Positions 8,615 through 19,139 of a stretch of 32,000 nt of DNA are shown here, in pieces (position 1 is the first letter of the stretch; each line of letters opens with the position of its first letter). The stretch is taken from the NCBI GenBank assembly GCA_000331975.1, contig CP003263.1, forward strand, positions 150,001-182,000, given 5' to 3'. Source of the stretch: Candidatus Uzinura diaspidicola str. ASNER (GTDB taxonomy: Bacteria > Bacteroidota > Bacteroidia > Flavobacteriales > Blattabacteriaceae). Both the position numbers and the translations under genes were made by a program. The notes below the pieces were generated by a model. It saw only the letters and a list, made by a program, of their open reading frames with translations. It was not told the origin of the DNA and searched no databases.

Positions 8615-9913
8615 ATGAGTTTCATAAAAAAAATTTATGCAAGACAAATTTTTGATTCTAGAGGAAATCCTACGATCGAGGTTGATGTAGTTACTACAGA
8701 AGGAGTGATAGGAAGTTCTTCTGTACCCTCTGGAGCCTCTAGAGGAAAATATGAAGCTGTTGAACTTCGTGATAACGGTATGGATTATTTTGGTAAAGGT
8801 GTAATAAAAGCTATAGGTTATATTAATGGCATATTGTGCAATGAACTTGTTGGAACTTCTGTTTTTAAACAGAATTTTATAGATCAATATCTTATTCAGA
8901 AAGATGATACTCCTAATAAAAACAAATTAGGATCCAACGCATTATTAGGAGTTTCTTTAGCGATCGCTAAAGCTGCTTCTAATACTATGGGAGTACCACT
9001 CTATAAATATTTAGGAGGAATAAATGCTTCTATTTTACCTGTCCCAATGATTAATATTATTAATGGAGGTATGCATTCTTATTCTCCCATCTCTTTTCAA
9101 GAATTTATGATCGTTCCTATAAAATTTAATAGTTTTTCTATGGCGCTTAAAGCTGGCATTGAGATTTTTCAGCAACTTAAAAATATTTTACAAAAAAGAA
9201 AATTAAGTACATCTGTAGGCGATGAAGGCGGATTTGCACCTAACTTTAAAAGCATTGAAGATGTTCTGGATACAATCGTTCAAGCCATTGAAGAAACTGG
9301 CTATAAGTTAAAAGAACAAATAATGTTAGCATTAGATTGCGCTGCGTCTGAATTTTATAAAGAAGGATTATATGACTATACTATTTTTGAAGGAATTCGT
9401 GGTTCTAAATTAACTACGGAACAACAAGTAGAATATCTAGCAAACTTATGCTATAGATATCCTATTCAATCTATCGAAGATGGGATGGATCAAAATGATT
9501 GGGTCGGCTGGAAAAAGCTCACAAATAAAATAGGATCAAAAGTGCAATTGGTAGGTGACGATCTTTTTGTCACAAATACAAAATTCCTTGAAAAAGGAAT
9601 TTCAGAAGGTATAGCTAATTCTATTTTAGTAAAAGTAAATCAAATTGGTACACTTACAGAAACCATGAAAACTATTAATAAAGCACAGGACGCTGGTTAT
9701 ACCACTGTAATATCACATCGATCAGGGGAAACAGAAGATCATATTATTTCAGATTTATCAGTAGCATTTAATACAGGACAAATAAAAACTGGCTCAGTTT
9801 CTCGCTCAGATAGAATGGCAAAATATAATCAACTACTACGTATAGAAGAAAAACTTGGAAAGTTTTCATCTTTTCCTCAATGGAAAACTTTCAGAGGGAG
9901 AGTAAACAAGTAG
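8615..9913 (+). CDS. eno: enolase (phosphopyruvate hydratase)
   Basis: 432 aa: ...[19 protein letters not shown]...[16 protein letters not shown]...[18 protein letters not shown]...[25 protein letters not shown]. Confidence 0.97.
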   Translation: MSFIKKIYARQIFDSRGNPTIEVDVVTTEGVIGSSSVPSGASRGKYEAVELRDNGMDYFGKGVIKAIGYINGILCNELVGTSVFKQNFIDQYLIQKDDTPNKNKLGSNALLGVSLAIAKAASNTMGVPLYKYLGGINASILPVPMINIINGGMHSYSPISFQEFMIVPIKFNSFSMALKAGIEIFQQLKNILQKRKLSTSVGDEGGFAPNFKSIEDVLDTIVQAIEETGYKLKEQIMLALDCAASEFYKEGLYDYTIFEGIRGSKLTTEQQVEYLANLCYRYPIQSIEDGMDQNDWVGWKKLTNKIGSKVQLVGDDLFVTNTKFLEKGISEGIANSILVKVNQIGTLTETMKTINKAQDAGYTTVISHRSGETEDHIISDLSVAFNTGQIKTGSVSRSDRMAKYNQLLRIEEKLGKFSSFPQWKTFRGRVNK

Positions 9914-9939
9914 TAAAAGTAGTAAGTAGCTAAAACAAA

Positions 9940-12593
9940 ATGGCACAATATTCTCTATATAATCACCAATTTGTAGAAGAAAAAATATATAACTATTGGA
10001 TAAAAAAAGGATATTTCTATTCAGTTCCCAATGAAAAACCATCATATACTATAGTTATTCCCCCTCCCAATGTTACAGGGGGTCTCCATATTGGACATTT
10101 ACTTAATAATACAATTCAAGACGTATTGGTACGATGGTCTCGTATGAAAGGGTATAATGTTTGTTGGATGCCAGGGACGGATCATGCGTCTATTGCTACA
10201 GAAACCAAGGTTATTTCCCAGCTCTATAAAGAAAATAAAACTAAATATAAACTAGGTAGAGATTATTTTTTAGAGCGTTCTTGGGAATGGGCTTATAAAC
10301 AGGAGTATATTATATTGAATCAACTTCAAAAACTAGGATGCTCCTGTGATTGGAAAAGGACTTCTTTTACTTTAGATCAAGAACGGGAGCGTTCTGTCAC
10401 CCATTGTTTTGTTGAATTGTATAGACGTGGTCTCATTTATAGAGATTATCGAATGGTAAATTGGGATGCCAATGCAAAAACTACCATTTCAAATGAAGAG
10501 GTAATTTACCAAGAACAAAAAGGATCCCTTTATTATATTCAATATACTATTCTTGGAATAGTAGAAGGTTCTATTGTAGTTACTACAACTCGTCCTGAAA
10601 CTATTTTAGGAGATACAGGAATTTGCATTCATCCAACAGACAATAGATATACTCTATTAATAGGGAAACAAGTTATTATTCCTATTGCAGATAGAATAGT
10701 ACCAATTATTGATGATGAATATGTAGACAAGAGTTTTGGTGCTGGGGCACTTAAAATTACCCCGTCACATGACGAGAATGATGCTATTTTGGCTAGCATT
10801 CATTCACTGGATTTTATAGATATATTTAATGAGGATGGTACTATTAATAAAAATGGAGTACATTACATAAGAAAAGATCGTTTTAAGGTTAGAAAAGAAA
10901 TTGTGGAAGAGCTTCATAAAAAAGGTCTCTTGGTAAAGATAGAGACGTATTCTCATAGAGTAGCAATATCTGAAAGAACGCATTCTATTATAGAAACTCG
11001 TCGTTCAGTACAATGGTTTTTAAAAATAAAAGATTTAGCTAAACCCGCAATATCGGCTGTAATGATAGGAGATATACGTTTTCACCCAAAACCCTTCAAG
11101 AATCTCTATCTTCATTGGATGAAAAATATACAGGATTGGAATATTTCTAGGCAACTATGGTGGGGACATAGAATTCCTGTATATTTTTATGGAACTCACC
11201 TAAAAGAATATGTTGTTGCTGAAACAAAAAAAGAGGCAATTGAATTAGTAAGAAATAAAACAGTAAGTGTAGAAAATCTTATACAAGATGAAGATGTTCT
11301 TGATACTTGGTTTTCTTCATGGATTTGGCCTATTTCTGTATTTAACGGGATTCGTATTCCAAAGAATCCTAATATTCAATATTATTACCCTACAAAAGAC
11401 CTGATCACCGGTCCGGATATCTTGTTTTTTTGGGTAGCTCGTATGATTATGGCTGGTTATGCTTTCTTAAAAAAAAAACCTTTTGATAATGTTTATTTTA
11501 CTGGAATTGTTAGAGATTCTAAAGGAAGAAAAATGTCAAAATCTCTAGGTAATTCTCCAGACCCTATAAAACTAATAAAAAAGTATGGTAGTGATGGAGT
11601 TAGAATGGGATTGTTGTTAAGTCCTCAATCAGGAAATGATTTATCTTTCAATGAAGAGTTATGTCTACACGGAAGAAATTTCACTAACAAACTATGGAAT
11701 GCTTTTCGTTTTATACATCTATTAAAAATAGATAATACTATTGAAACACCTTATTATTCACATTTAGCTATAGATTGGTTTGAACACCTTCTTTCAAAAA
11801 AGAGAAACTATATTGAGCAGAACTTAAAAAGTTACAGTATATTTAGAGCATTAAATAATATTTATAATCTTATTTGGCATGATTTTTGTTCATGGTTTCT
11901 AGAAATTATTAAACCTATTACAGATACAGTAATATCACAATTTGTTTTGTCTAAAACCTTACTCTTTTTTGAAGATATTCTTAAATTATTACATCCTTAT
12001 TCGCCATATATAACAGAAAAGATTTGGCATATAATTAGAAATCGTTCTGATACTGAATCTCTAATTATATGCCATTGGCCTCTTCTGAGAGATATTTGTT
12101 ATAAACAAATTATTGAAGATTTCAAATCTGCAGAAAAACTTCTAATTTCAATTAGAAATGTAAGAAAAAATCATGGATTTTCATTAAAATCCTATTCTTA
12201 TTTATTCTTTGATAAGCAAAAAAAAAGGTTTTATGCAGTAGCATTGAAACTAGCAAATATTTCACATATTCACTTTTTAAGTGAAAAGCCAATATTTTCA
12301 CAATTAAGCTTCTTAATAGAATCCCAAGAATATTTTATTTTTTTTCTTCTTCAGAAGAAAAAAAAGATACTGAAGAAAGAAAAAAGCAACAAAAATATAT
12401 TGAATACCATTATGTATTTTTATCAATAGTTAGAACCAAACTTGATAATAAGAATTATATTATAAGTGCTCCACAGAGAGTAGTAAATATTGAGCGTAAA
12501 AAATATACGGATACTTTAAATAAAATAAAGTTATTGAAAGACAGTCTTGATAGAGATATTATTCTTGATAGTTATCATACTAATATGAAATGA
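9940..12593 (+). CDS. valS: valine--tRNA ligase, interrupted by a 1-nt frameshift in homopolymer runs at about 12338-12390. The intact ORF is 9940-12429 and the C-terminal coiled-coil continues in another frame to 12593.
   Basis: Class I motifs are present: PPPNVTGGLHIGH and KMSKS. The ORF-track frame ends at 12429. The other frame (open from 12285) encodes SSSEEKKDTEERKKQQKYIEYHYVFLSIVRTKLDNKNYIISAPQRVVNIERKKYTDTLNKIKLLKDSL...*, which is the typical ValS C-terminus. That frame ends in an ATGA overlap with argS. Confidence 0.9.
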
Positions 12594-14335
12594 AAACGAC
12601 GTTAGCCATCTTTAGACTTATTGTAATGAGGGCGATTGCTTCTATATATATAGAAGGTATAACTTCAAATATTGAACTTAAAACCACTAAAAAAGAATTT
12701 CGTGGTCATATTACATTAGTGCTTTTTCCATTAGTAAAAATTATTAAAAAACCTCTTAAACAAATAGGGAAGGAAATAGGAGAGTATGTGAAAAAACACC
12801 TTATTATCGTTCATTCCTTTCATTTACTAAATGGGTTTTTGAATTTCGAGTGTTCTGAGGAATATTATTTTAAACTTTTAAAGAAGATATCTAAAGAAAT
12901 TTTGTTCTTAAAATCTTCAGAAGAAGATTCTTTAATGATAGAATATTCCTCTCCTAATACTAACAAACCTTTACATTTAGGACATATTCGTAATCATCTA
13001 TTAGGGAATTCTATATCTGAAATCTTTAAGGCTTTTGGTCATAATGTAATAAAAATACAAATTATTAATGATAGAGGAATTCATATTTGTAAATCTATGT
13101 TGGCATGGAAAAAGTTCTCTTCTGGAGAAACTCCAGAAATTACTTTTAAAGGTGACCATTTAATAGGTAAGTATTATGTAGCATTTGAAAAGGCTTATAA
13201 AAAGGAGGTAGAAGATTTATGTGCGAAAGGCTATGAAAAGGAATTAGCAGAAAAACAAGCGCCTATTATGCAAGAAGTTAGAAAACTATTGCTTCTTTGG
13301 GAAAAAAGAAATGTAAAAACATGGTATCATTGGAGAAATATGAATTCATGGGCTTATGAAGGTATTGAACAAACTTATTGTAGTTTGGGAATTTATTTTG
13401 ATGATACTCAGTATGAAAGTAAAACCTATTTACTAGGTAAAAGTATCATTGAAGATGGTCTTAAAAAGGGCGTTTTCTATAAAAAAGAGGACGGATCAGT
13501 TTGGGTTGATTTTACTAATGTAGGTTTAGACGAAAAGTTATTATTGCGCTCTGATGGAACATCTGTATATATTACTCAAGATTTAGGTACTGCAGTTGAG
13601 CGTTTCGAACTATATTCAATAAAATCGTTGATTTATATTGTTGGAGAGGAACAAGAGTATCATTTTAAGGTTCTTTTTCTCATTCTTAAATATATGAGAT
13701 ATGCTTGGGCTGATAGACTTTTTCATCTTTCTTATGGATTGGTTCAATTATTATCCGGTAAAATGAAATCTAGAGAAGGAATTATTATAGATGCAGATAA
13801 TTTAATAGATGAAATGCATAAGCTAGCACAATTTTTAACGTATCAAAAGGAAAATACTCTAGGTATTGGAGCTTTGAAATACTTTTTACTTAAAATAGAT
13901 ACTAAAAAACGTATTTTATATCATACTAAATCTTCTATAGATTTTAATGGTAACACTGGTCCATATATTCAATATACTAATGCGAGAATTAGCTCATTAT
14001 ACAGAAAAGCATTTACTAAAATGTACTGGAGAAATAGTATGATAAGGTATTACAGATATTCTATTATAGGAAGATATGAAAAGTATCTGCTAAAATACAT
14101 GGAGCAATATACAGAAGCTCTACTTTTAGCTAAGAAATGCCTTATTCCATCTATAATTGCGAATTACGCTTATAATTTGTCTAAAACTTTTAATGATTTT
14201 TATCAAAATGTTTGTATTATAAATATTAAAAATAAGTATGATTTTGTTTTTCGTCTTTTTCTTTCTAAGAAATGTGGAAATTGTTTAAAAAAAACTATGA
14301 ATCTTTTAGGCATAGAAATGCCAGAATATGTATAA
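12590..14335 (+). CDS. argS: arginine--tRNA ligase
   Basis: 581 aa. SSPNTNKPLHLGHIRNHLLG is the HIGH region and GKMKSREG is the class I loop. The C-terminal anticodon-binding region reads ...PYIQYTNARISS... Confidence 0.94.
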   Translation: MKTTLAIFRLIVMRAIASIYIEGITSNIELKTTKKEFRGHITLVLFPLVKIIKKPLKQIGKEIGEYVKKHLIIVHSFHLLNGFLNFECSEEYYFKLLKKISKEILFLKSSEEDSLMIEYSSPNTNKPLHLGHIRNHLLGNSISEIFKAFGHNVIKIQIINDRGIHICKSMLAWKKFSSGETPEITFKGDHLIGKYYVAFEKAYKKEVEDLCAKGYEKELAEKQAPIMQEVRKLLLLWEKRNVKTWYHWRNMNSWAYEGIEQTYCSLGIYFDDTQYESKTYLLGKSIIEDGLKKGVFYKKEDGSVWVDFTNVGLDEKLLLRSDGTSVYITQDLGTAVERFELYSIKSLIYIVGEEQEYHFKVLFLILKYMRYAWADRLFHLSYGLVQLLSGKMKSREGIIIDADNLIDEMHKLAQFLTYQKENTLGIGALKYFLLKIDTKKRILYHTKSSIDFNGNTGPYIQYTNARISSLYRKAFTKMYWRNSMIRYYRYSIIGRYEKYLLKYMEQYTEALLLAKKCLIPSIIANYAYNLSKTFNDFYQNVCIINIKNKYDFVFRLFLSKKCGNCLKKTMNLLGIEMPEYV

Positions 14336-14337
14336 TT

Positions 14338-16251
14338 ATGATTTGTATTAAATTTTATGATGGTTTCCTGAAGGATTATCCTTCAGGTATTACTCCTATA
14401 GAGATAGCACTAGATATGAACGAGAAGAAAGCTAGAGAGGTGTTATCTGCATCAATAAACGGTCATCAAGTAGAACTTTCAACTCCTATTACAAAAATAA
14501 ATATACAAATAGTTTTTTATTCTTGGGAAAATACACTTGGTAAAAAAGCTTTTTGGCATTCTTCTATCCATTTATTAGGACAAACTCTTCTGCAAATTCA
14601 TCCACAAGCTAAACTAACAATAGGAAATCCTATTGAAAATGGGTTTTATTATGATGTAGATTTAGTAGATGGTCCACAACAAAACTTTTCTTCGAATCTA
14701 GAAGAGCGTATGCTTGAAAATGCTAGAAAAAATTCTATTTTTGAACTATACTCTATTTATAAAGCTAAATCACTTGATTATTATAAGGAAAATCTTTATA
14801 AGATAGATATAATTAAAAATTTACAAGAAGGGGACACTACTTTTTGTAGTAATGATGATTTTGTTGACCTATGTAGAGGTACGCATATTTTTAGTTCTGG
14901 TAAAATTAAATACGTTAAAATCTTAAACTCCTCTGGTGTTTACTGGCATAGCGATGAGAAAAACCAACAGCTTACTAGAGTATATGGTATCTCTTTCCCT
15001 AATGAAAAACATATGAACGAATATTTACTTAAATTTGAAGAAGCAAAAAAACGTGATCATCGTAAATTAGGTAAAGAGCTAGATTTGTTCAATTTTTCGG
15101 ATAATGTAGGTGCAGGATTACCTCTTTGGAAGACCAAAGGTACTGTTTTGAGGCGGTCTTTAGAAGATTTTTTAATGCGAGCCCAGAAAAAATATGGTTA
15201 TGAAATGGTAGTCACACCCCATATCGGCAACAAAAAACTTTATAAGATTTCAGGGCATATTGATAAATATGAAAATGATAGTTTTCTAACGAGATTCAGC
15301 CATCATTTTGGGGAGGAGATTTTGTTAAAGTCAATGAACTGCCCTCATCATTGCGAACTTTTTAAGTCACAATCATGGTCTTATAGAGATTTACCTAAAC
15401 GGTTTGCAGAGTTTGGCAATGTATATCGTTACGAACAAAGTGGTGAATTACATGGTCTAACCAGAACAAGAGGTTTCACTCAAGATGACGCTCATATTTT
15501 TTGTACTACTGATCAATTGGTAGATGAGTTTCATCGAGTGATTGATTTGGTATTGTATATTTTAAAATCTCTTGGATTTGAACAGTATACTATACAAATC
15601 TCTCTTAGAGATTTGAAGATTATGAATAAATATATTGGAAAAGAGCAAAACTGGAAAAAAGCAGAGGAAGATATTATAGAAGCAGTCTGCAATAAAAACT
15701 TACCAACAAAAATAATTCATGGTGAGGCAGCTTTTTATGGTCCTAAATTAGATTTCTTGATTCAAGACTCATTGAAAAGAAACTGGCAGTTAGGTACGAT
15801 TCAAATAGACTATAGTTTGCCAGAAAGATTTGATTTACAGTATCAAGGTCCTGATAATCTCTTATATAGACCAGTAATAATTCATAGAGCTCCTTTTGGG
15901 TCTCTAGAACGTTTTATTGCTCTCTTAATAGAGCACACTGGTGGTAATTTTCCTTTTTGGCTCTCTCCTATTCAGGTAATACTTATTCCAATAAGTGAAA
16001 AATATATTTTTTATGCAGAAAAAATTTTACACTTACTTTATAAGTATGGAATTCGCTCAAATATTGATTTACGTAGTGAAAAAACTGGTAAAAAAATAAG
16101 AGATGCGGAAATTAATAAGATTCCTTTTATGGCTATTGTAGGAGAAAAAGAAATGTATGATGGTACAATCTCAATCAGAGCACATACTATAGGAAATATG
16201 GGAAAATTTACTTTTGAAGCTTTCTTGGAATTATTATTTAATGAAGCATAA
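14338..16251 (+). CDS. thrS: threonine--tRNA ligase
   Basis: The ATG at 14338 gives MICIKFYDGFLKDYPSGITPIEIA.. (TGS domain). Further on: ...KKAFWHSSIHLLGQ...NGFYYDVD..., and the class II core ...RDHRKLGKELDLF...GFTQDDAHIFC... The ORF-track start at 14272 lies inside argS. Confidence 0.95.
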   Translation: MICIKFYDGFLKDYPSGITPIEIALDMNEKKAREVLSASINGHQVELSTPITKINIQIVFYSWENTLGKKAFWHSSIHLLGQTLLQIHPQAKLTIGNPIENGFYYDVDLVDGPQQNFSSNLEERMLENARKNSIFELYSIYKAKSLDYYKENLYKIDIIKNLQEGDTTFCSNDDFVDLCRGTHIFSSGKIKYVKILNSSGVYWHSDEKNQQLTRVYGISFPNEKHMNEYLLKFEEAKKRDHRKLGKELDLFNFSDNVGAGLPLWKTKGTVLRRSLEDFLMRAQKKYGYEMVVTPHIGNKKLYKISGHIDKYENDSFLTRFSHHFGEEILLKSMNCPHHCELFKSQSWSYRDLPKRFAEFGNVYRYEQSGELHGLTRTRGFTQDDAHIFCTTDQLVDEFHRVIDLVLYILKSLGFEQYTIQISLRDLKIMNKYIGKEQNWKKAEEDIIEAVCNKNLPTKIIHGEAAFYGPKLDFLIQDSLKRNWQLGTIQIDYSLPERFDLQYQGPDNLLYRPVIIHRAPFGSLERFIALLIEHTGGNFPFWLSPIQVILIPISEKYIFYAEKILHLLYKYGIRSNIDLRSEKTGKKIRDAEINKIPFMAIVGEKEMYDGTISIRAHTIGNMGKFTFEAFLELLFNEA

Positions 16252-16762
16252 TATAGACTCTATTCCTCTTGTTAACGAACAAATCACTAATCTTGAAATT
16301 AGAATAGTAGGGGATGATATAGAAAATAGGATTTATTCTTTACGAGAAGCCCTAGATATAGCTCATGATTTGGGTTTAGATTTAGTAGAGATTACCGCTA
16401 AAGTATATCCTCCTGTTTGTAAATTTTTCAATTATAAAAAATTTCTCTATATAAAGAAGAGAAGACAAAAGAAATTTAACAAAGCTAGGCAAGCTAGACT
16501 TATAGTAAAAGAAATGAGATTTAGTCCTCATACTAGTAATCATGACTATGAGTTTAAAAGAAAGAGTGTCCGTAATTTTTTGGAAGAAGGATTCAAAGTT
16601 AAATCTTTAGTCTTTTTTAAAGGACGATCTATTATTTATAGAAATCAAGGTAGAATATTACTATTGCGTCTTGCAAATGATCTTGAAGATTGTTCTAATA
16701 TAGAAAAAATGCCTTCAATGGAAGGAAAAAGAATGTTTTTAATTTTAGTGCCCAAGAAATGA
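16241..16762 (+). CDS. infC: translation initiation factor IF-3 (exact start uncertain)
   Basis: ...[41 protein letters not shown]...[17 protein letters not shown]... IF-3 genes often use non-ATG starts. The ATG at 16241 is the first plausible one, and the ATG at 16214 would overlap thrS by 38 nt. Confidence 0.9.
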   Translation: MKHNIDSIPLVNEQITNLEIRIVGDDIENRIYSLREALDIAHDLGLDLVEITAKVYPPVCKFFNYKKFLYIKKRRQKKFNKARQARLIVKEMRFSPHTSNHDYEFKRKSVRNFLEEGFKVKSLVFFKGRSIIYRNQGRILLLRLANDLEDCSNIEKMPSMEGKRMFLILVPKK

Positions 16763-16956
16763 TGTTCAAACTAAAAAAAAAATCAAGTGCAAAAAAAAGA
16801 TTTAAGTTAAATTCTAATGGCTTAATAAAAAGAAAGCATGCCTTTAAAAATCATCTTTTAACAAAGAAATCTACTAAACGAAAGCGGAACTTGGTTCATT
16901 TCACTACTCTTGATAAAGCTAATAAAAAAAATATAAAAAGACAGTTATTAATTTGA
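16759..16956 (+). CDS. rpmI: 50S ribosomal protein L35
   Basis: [43 protein letters not shown]... It has an ATGA overlap with infC. Confidence 0.94.
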   Translation: MMFKLKKKSSAKKRFKLNSNGLIKRKHAFKNHLLTKKSTKRKRNLVHFTTLDKANKKNIKRQLLI

Positions 16957-16981
16957 ACCTTTCATTATATATAAGTATCTT

Positions 16982-17326
16982 ATGCCAAGATCTATAAATA
17001 CAGTAGCATCTAAATATAGAAGGAAAAAAATACTAAATGCATCGAAAGGATATTCTGGTGCAAGAAGTAAATTGTTTAGTGTAGCAAAAAACGCAGTAGA
17101 AAAATCTTTACAGTATGCTTATGTAGGACGTAAGAGAAAGAAAAGATATTTTCGAAGTCTTTGGATCCAAAGAGTAAATGCTGGAGTAAGAAGATATTAC
17201 TTGCCCTATTCAAAATTTATATGTAAACTTTACGATAAAAATATTCACCTTAATCGTAAGGTACTAGCTGATTTAGCACTACATCATCCAGAAGCTTTTA
17301 AGGTAATTATCGAGGAAATAAAATAA
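16982..17326 (+). CDS. rplT: 50S ribosomal protein L20
   Basis: MPRSINTVASKYRRKKILNASKGYSGARSKLFSVAKNAVEKSLQYAYVGRKRKKRYFRSLWIQRVNA. Confidence 0.96.
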   Translation: MPRSINTVASKYRRKKILNASKGYSGARSKLFSVAKNAVEKSLQYAYVGRKRKKRYFRSLWIQRVNAGVRRYYLPYSKFICKLYDKNIHLNRKVLADLALHHPEAFKVIIEEIK

Positions 17327-17331
17327 TGGTT

Positions 17332-17838
17332 TTATAGAGTTCCGGACTTTTTATTAAGTTTTTCCCTCTTAAAAAGAGAAAGATAATCTATAAACAACTT
17401 TCCTTCAATGTGATCGTATTCATGTTGTATCACTCTTGCAGCTAATCCTTGAAATGTTTCTTCACATTTTTCCAGAGATTCATTATAATATCTTATTAGT
17501 AACGATTCATATCGTTCAATTTTTGCTATAATATCTGGAAAACTTAAACACCCTTCTTTAATGATCCAAGTTTTTCCATAGATTTTTACTATTTCAGGAT
17601 TAATAAATACCCTTTTTGACTTGTTTTCTTCTTTATCAATGATAAATGTATCAGTGTCAATTATAAAAAATCTTAAAGGTTTGCCAACTTGGGGAGCTGC
17701 TAAACCTACAGCATAAGATTGATACATTGTATCAAACATATCATTTATAAAATGGTAAATTGTAGAATCAGACACGTCAGTGTCTTTACAATCCTTTCTA
17801 AGGATGGGGTCTCCATATATTCTAATAGGTAAAATCAT
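17332..17838 (-). CDS. def: peptide deformylase
   Basis: All three signature motifs are present: GLAAPQVG, EGCLSFP and HEYDHIEG. Confidence 0.95.
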   Translation of the reverse strand: MILPIRIYGDPILRKDCKDTDVSDSTIYHFINDMFDTMYQSYAVGLAAPQVGKPLRFFIIDTDTFIIDKEENKSKRVFINPEIVKIYGKTWIIKEGCLSFPDIIAKIERYESLLIRYYNESLEKCEETFQGLAARVIQHEYDHIEGKLFIDYLSLFKREKLNKKSGTL

Positions 17839-18251
17839 ACTTTTCTACTTCTACCAAGGTAGGACTGCAAAATAAGGGTTGCACTTATTTTGTCTAATAT
17901 CAATTTATTTGTTCTATACCTTTTTTTTAGACCAAATAGCGTTTTTTTTGCTAATTTAGATGTAAATCTCTCATCTATTCTATCTAGATAAATTTCTGGG
18001 AAAAAAATACAAAACTTACTTATAAAATATTGTATTTCTTTTTCTATTAGAGAAGGCTGATTCTTACAGTTTTTTGGTTCTCCAAGGATAACTTTTTGTA
18101 TATTTTCTTCATATATATAATAACTTAAAAAACGCATCAAATTATTTGTTTTAATTGTTGGAAGACCGTATGCAATCATTTGAAGTTGATCTGTAACTGC
18201 TAAGCCAGTCCTTTTACTTCCATAATCTATAGAAAGAATTCTATAATTCAT
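17835..18251 (-). CDS. ruvX: YqgF/RuvX-family putative pre-16S rRNA nuclease (Holliday junction resolvase-like)
   Basis: 138 aa: ILSIDYGSKRTGLAVTD...ILGEPKN...IDERFTSKLAKK.. is the YqgF pattern. There is a 4-nt overlap with def. Confidence 0.85.
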   Translation of the reverse strand: MNYRILSIDYGSKRTGLAVTDQLQMIAYGLPTIKTNNLMRFLSYYIYEENIQKVILGEPKNCKNQPSLIEKEIQYFISKFCIFFPEIYLDRIDERFTSKLAKKTLFGLKKRYRTNKLILDKISATLILQSYLGRSRKV

Positions 18252-18301
18252 TAATTTATAATAGTAAATATATTTTTATAAAATATAAAATTAAAAAATA
18301 T

Positions 18302-19099
18302 ATGCACAATTTCAAGGAATTTATAGAACCCAATACAGAAAGTATTGAGTTAAAAGAAATTGTTTTTGAGGTTATTTCACTATTGGATAGTGGAATTTTA
18401 AAAGTAGCTGAACAAACAGCAGATGGGTGGAAGATAAATGAATGGGTGAAAAAATATATAATGATGTATTTTTCTTTAATGAAGATGCAAACCTACGAAT
18501 TAGATCCTTTGGAGTTTCATGACAAAATACCTTTAAAGTCAAAATATAAAGAAAAGGAAGTTAGGGTTGTTCCACATGCTATCATTCGATATGGGTCCTA
18601 TATTTCTAAAGGAGTTATTTTAATGCCTTCCTATGTAAATATAGGCGCTTATATTGGAGAAAATACTATGGTAGATACTTGGGCTACTGTAGGAAGCTGT
18701 GCTCAAATTGGAAATTGTGTTCATTTAAGCGGAGGTGTAGGCATTGGAGGAGTGCTTGAACCTTTGCAAGCAGATCCTTGCATTATAGAAAACGATGTTT
18801 TTATAGGATCAAGGTGTATTATCGTAGAAGGAGTACGCATTGAAAAACAAGCAGTTTTAGGAGCAGGTGTAGTAATAACTGGTACTACAAAAATTATCGA
18901 TGTTACCGGGTCGGCTCCTATAGAAAGCAAAAGACTTATTCCTGCATTCTCTGTTGTAATTCCTGGCACCTATGCTAAAAAGTTTTCTTCTGGAACTTAT
19001 CAAGTTTCGTGCGTTTTTATCATTGGGAAACGCAAAGAAAGCACAAATAAAAAAACTTCTCTCAACGAAACTTTACGGAAATTTTCCATAGCTATTTAA
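18302..19099 (+). CDS. dapD: 2,3,4,5-tetrahydropyridine-2,6-dicarboxylate N-succinyltransferase (lysine/DAP pathway)
   Basis: 265 aa with a left-handed beta-helix hexapeptide-repeat region (..GAYIGENTMVDTWATVGSCAQIGNCVHLSGGVGIGGVLEPLQADPCIIENDVFIGSRCIIVEGV..), as in flavobacterial DapD. Confidence 0.88.
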   Translation: MHNFKEFIEPNTESIELKEIVFEVISLLDSGILKVAEQTADGWKINEWVKKYIMMYFSLMKMQTYELDPLEFHDKIPLKSKYKEKEVRVVPHAIIRYGSYISKGVILMPSYVNIGAYIGENTMVDTWATVGSCAQIGNCVHLSGGVGIGGVLEPLQADPCIIENDVFIGSRCIIVEGVRIEKQAVLGAGVVITGTTKIIDVTGSAPIESKRLIPAFSVVIPGTYAKKFSSGTYQVSCVFIIGKRKESTNKKTSLNETLRKFSIAI

Positions 19100-19139
19100 A
19101 TTTATTTTAAGACTGTAATTTGCTACTGTGATCATATAA

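Noticed and set aside
380-16240. N-terminal extensions suggested by the ORF track: rpsQ from 380, rpsN from 1842, rplF from 2521, thrS from 14272 and infC from 16214.
   Set aside because: The extensions overlap the preceding gene by 10-66 nt and add non-homologous residues. Internal ATGs at 407, 1860, 2533, 14338 and 16241 reproduce the canonical N-termini.
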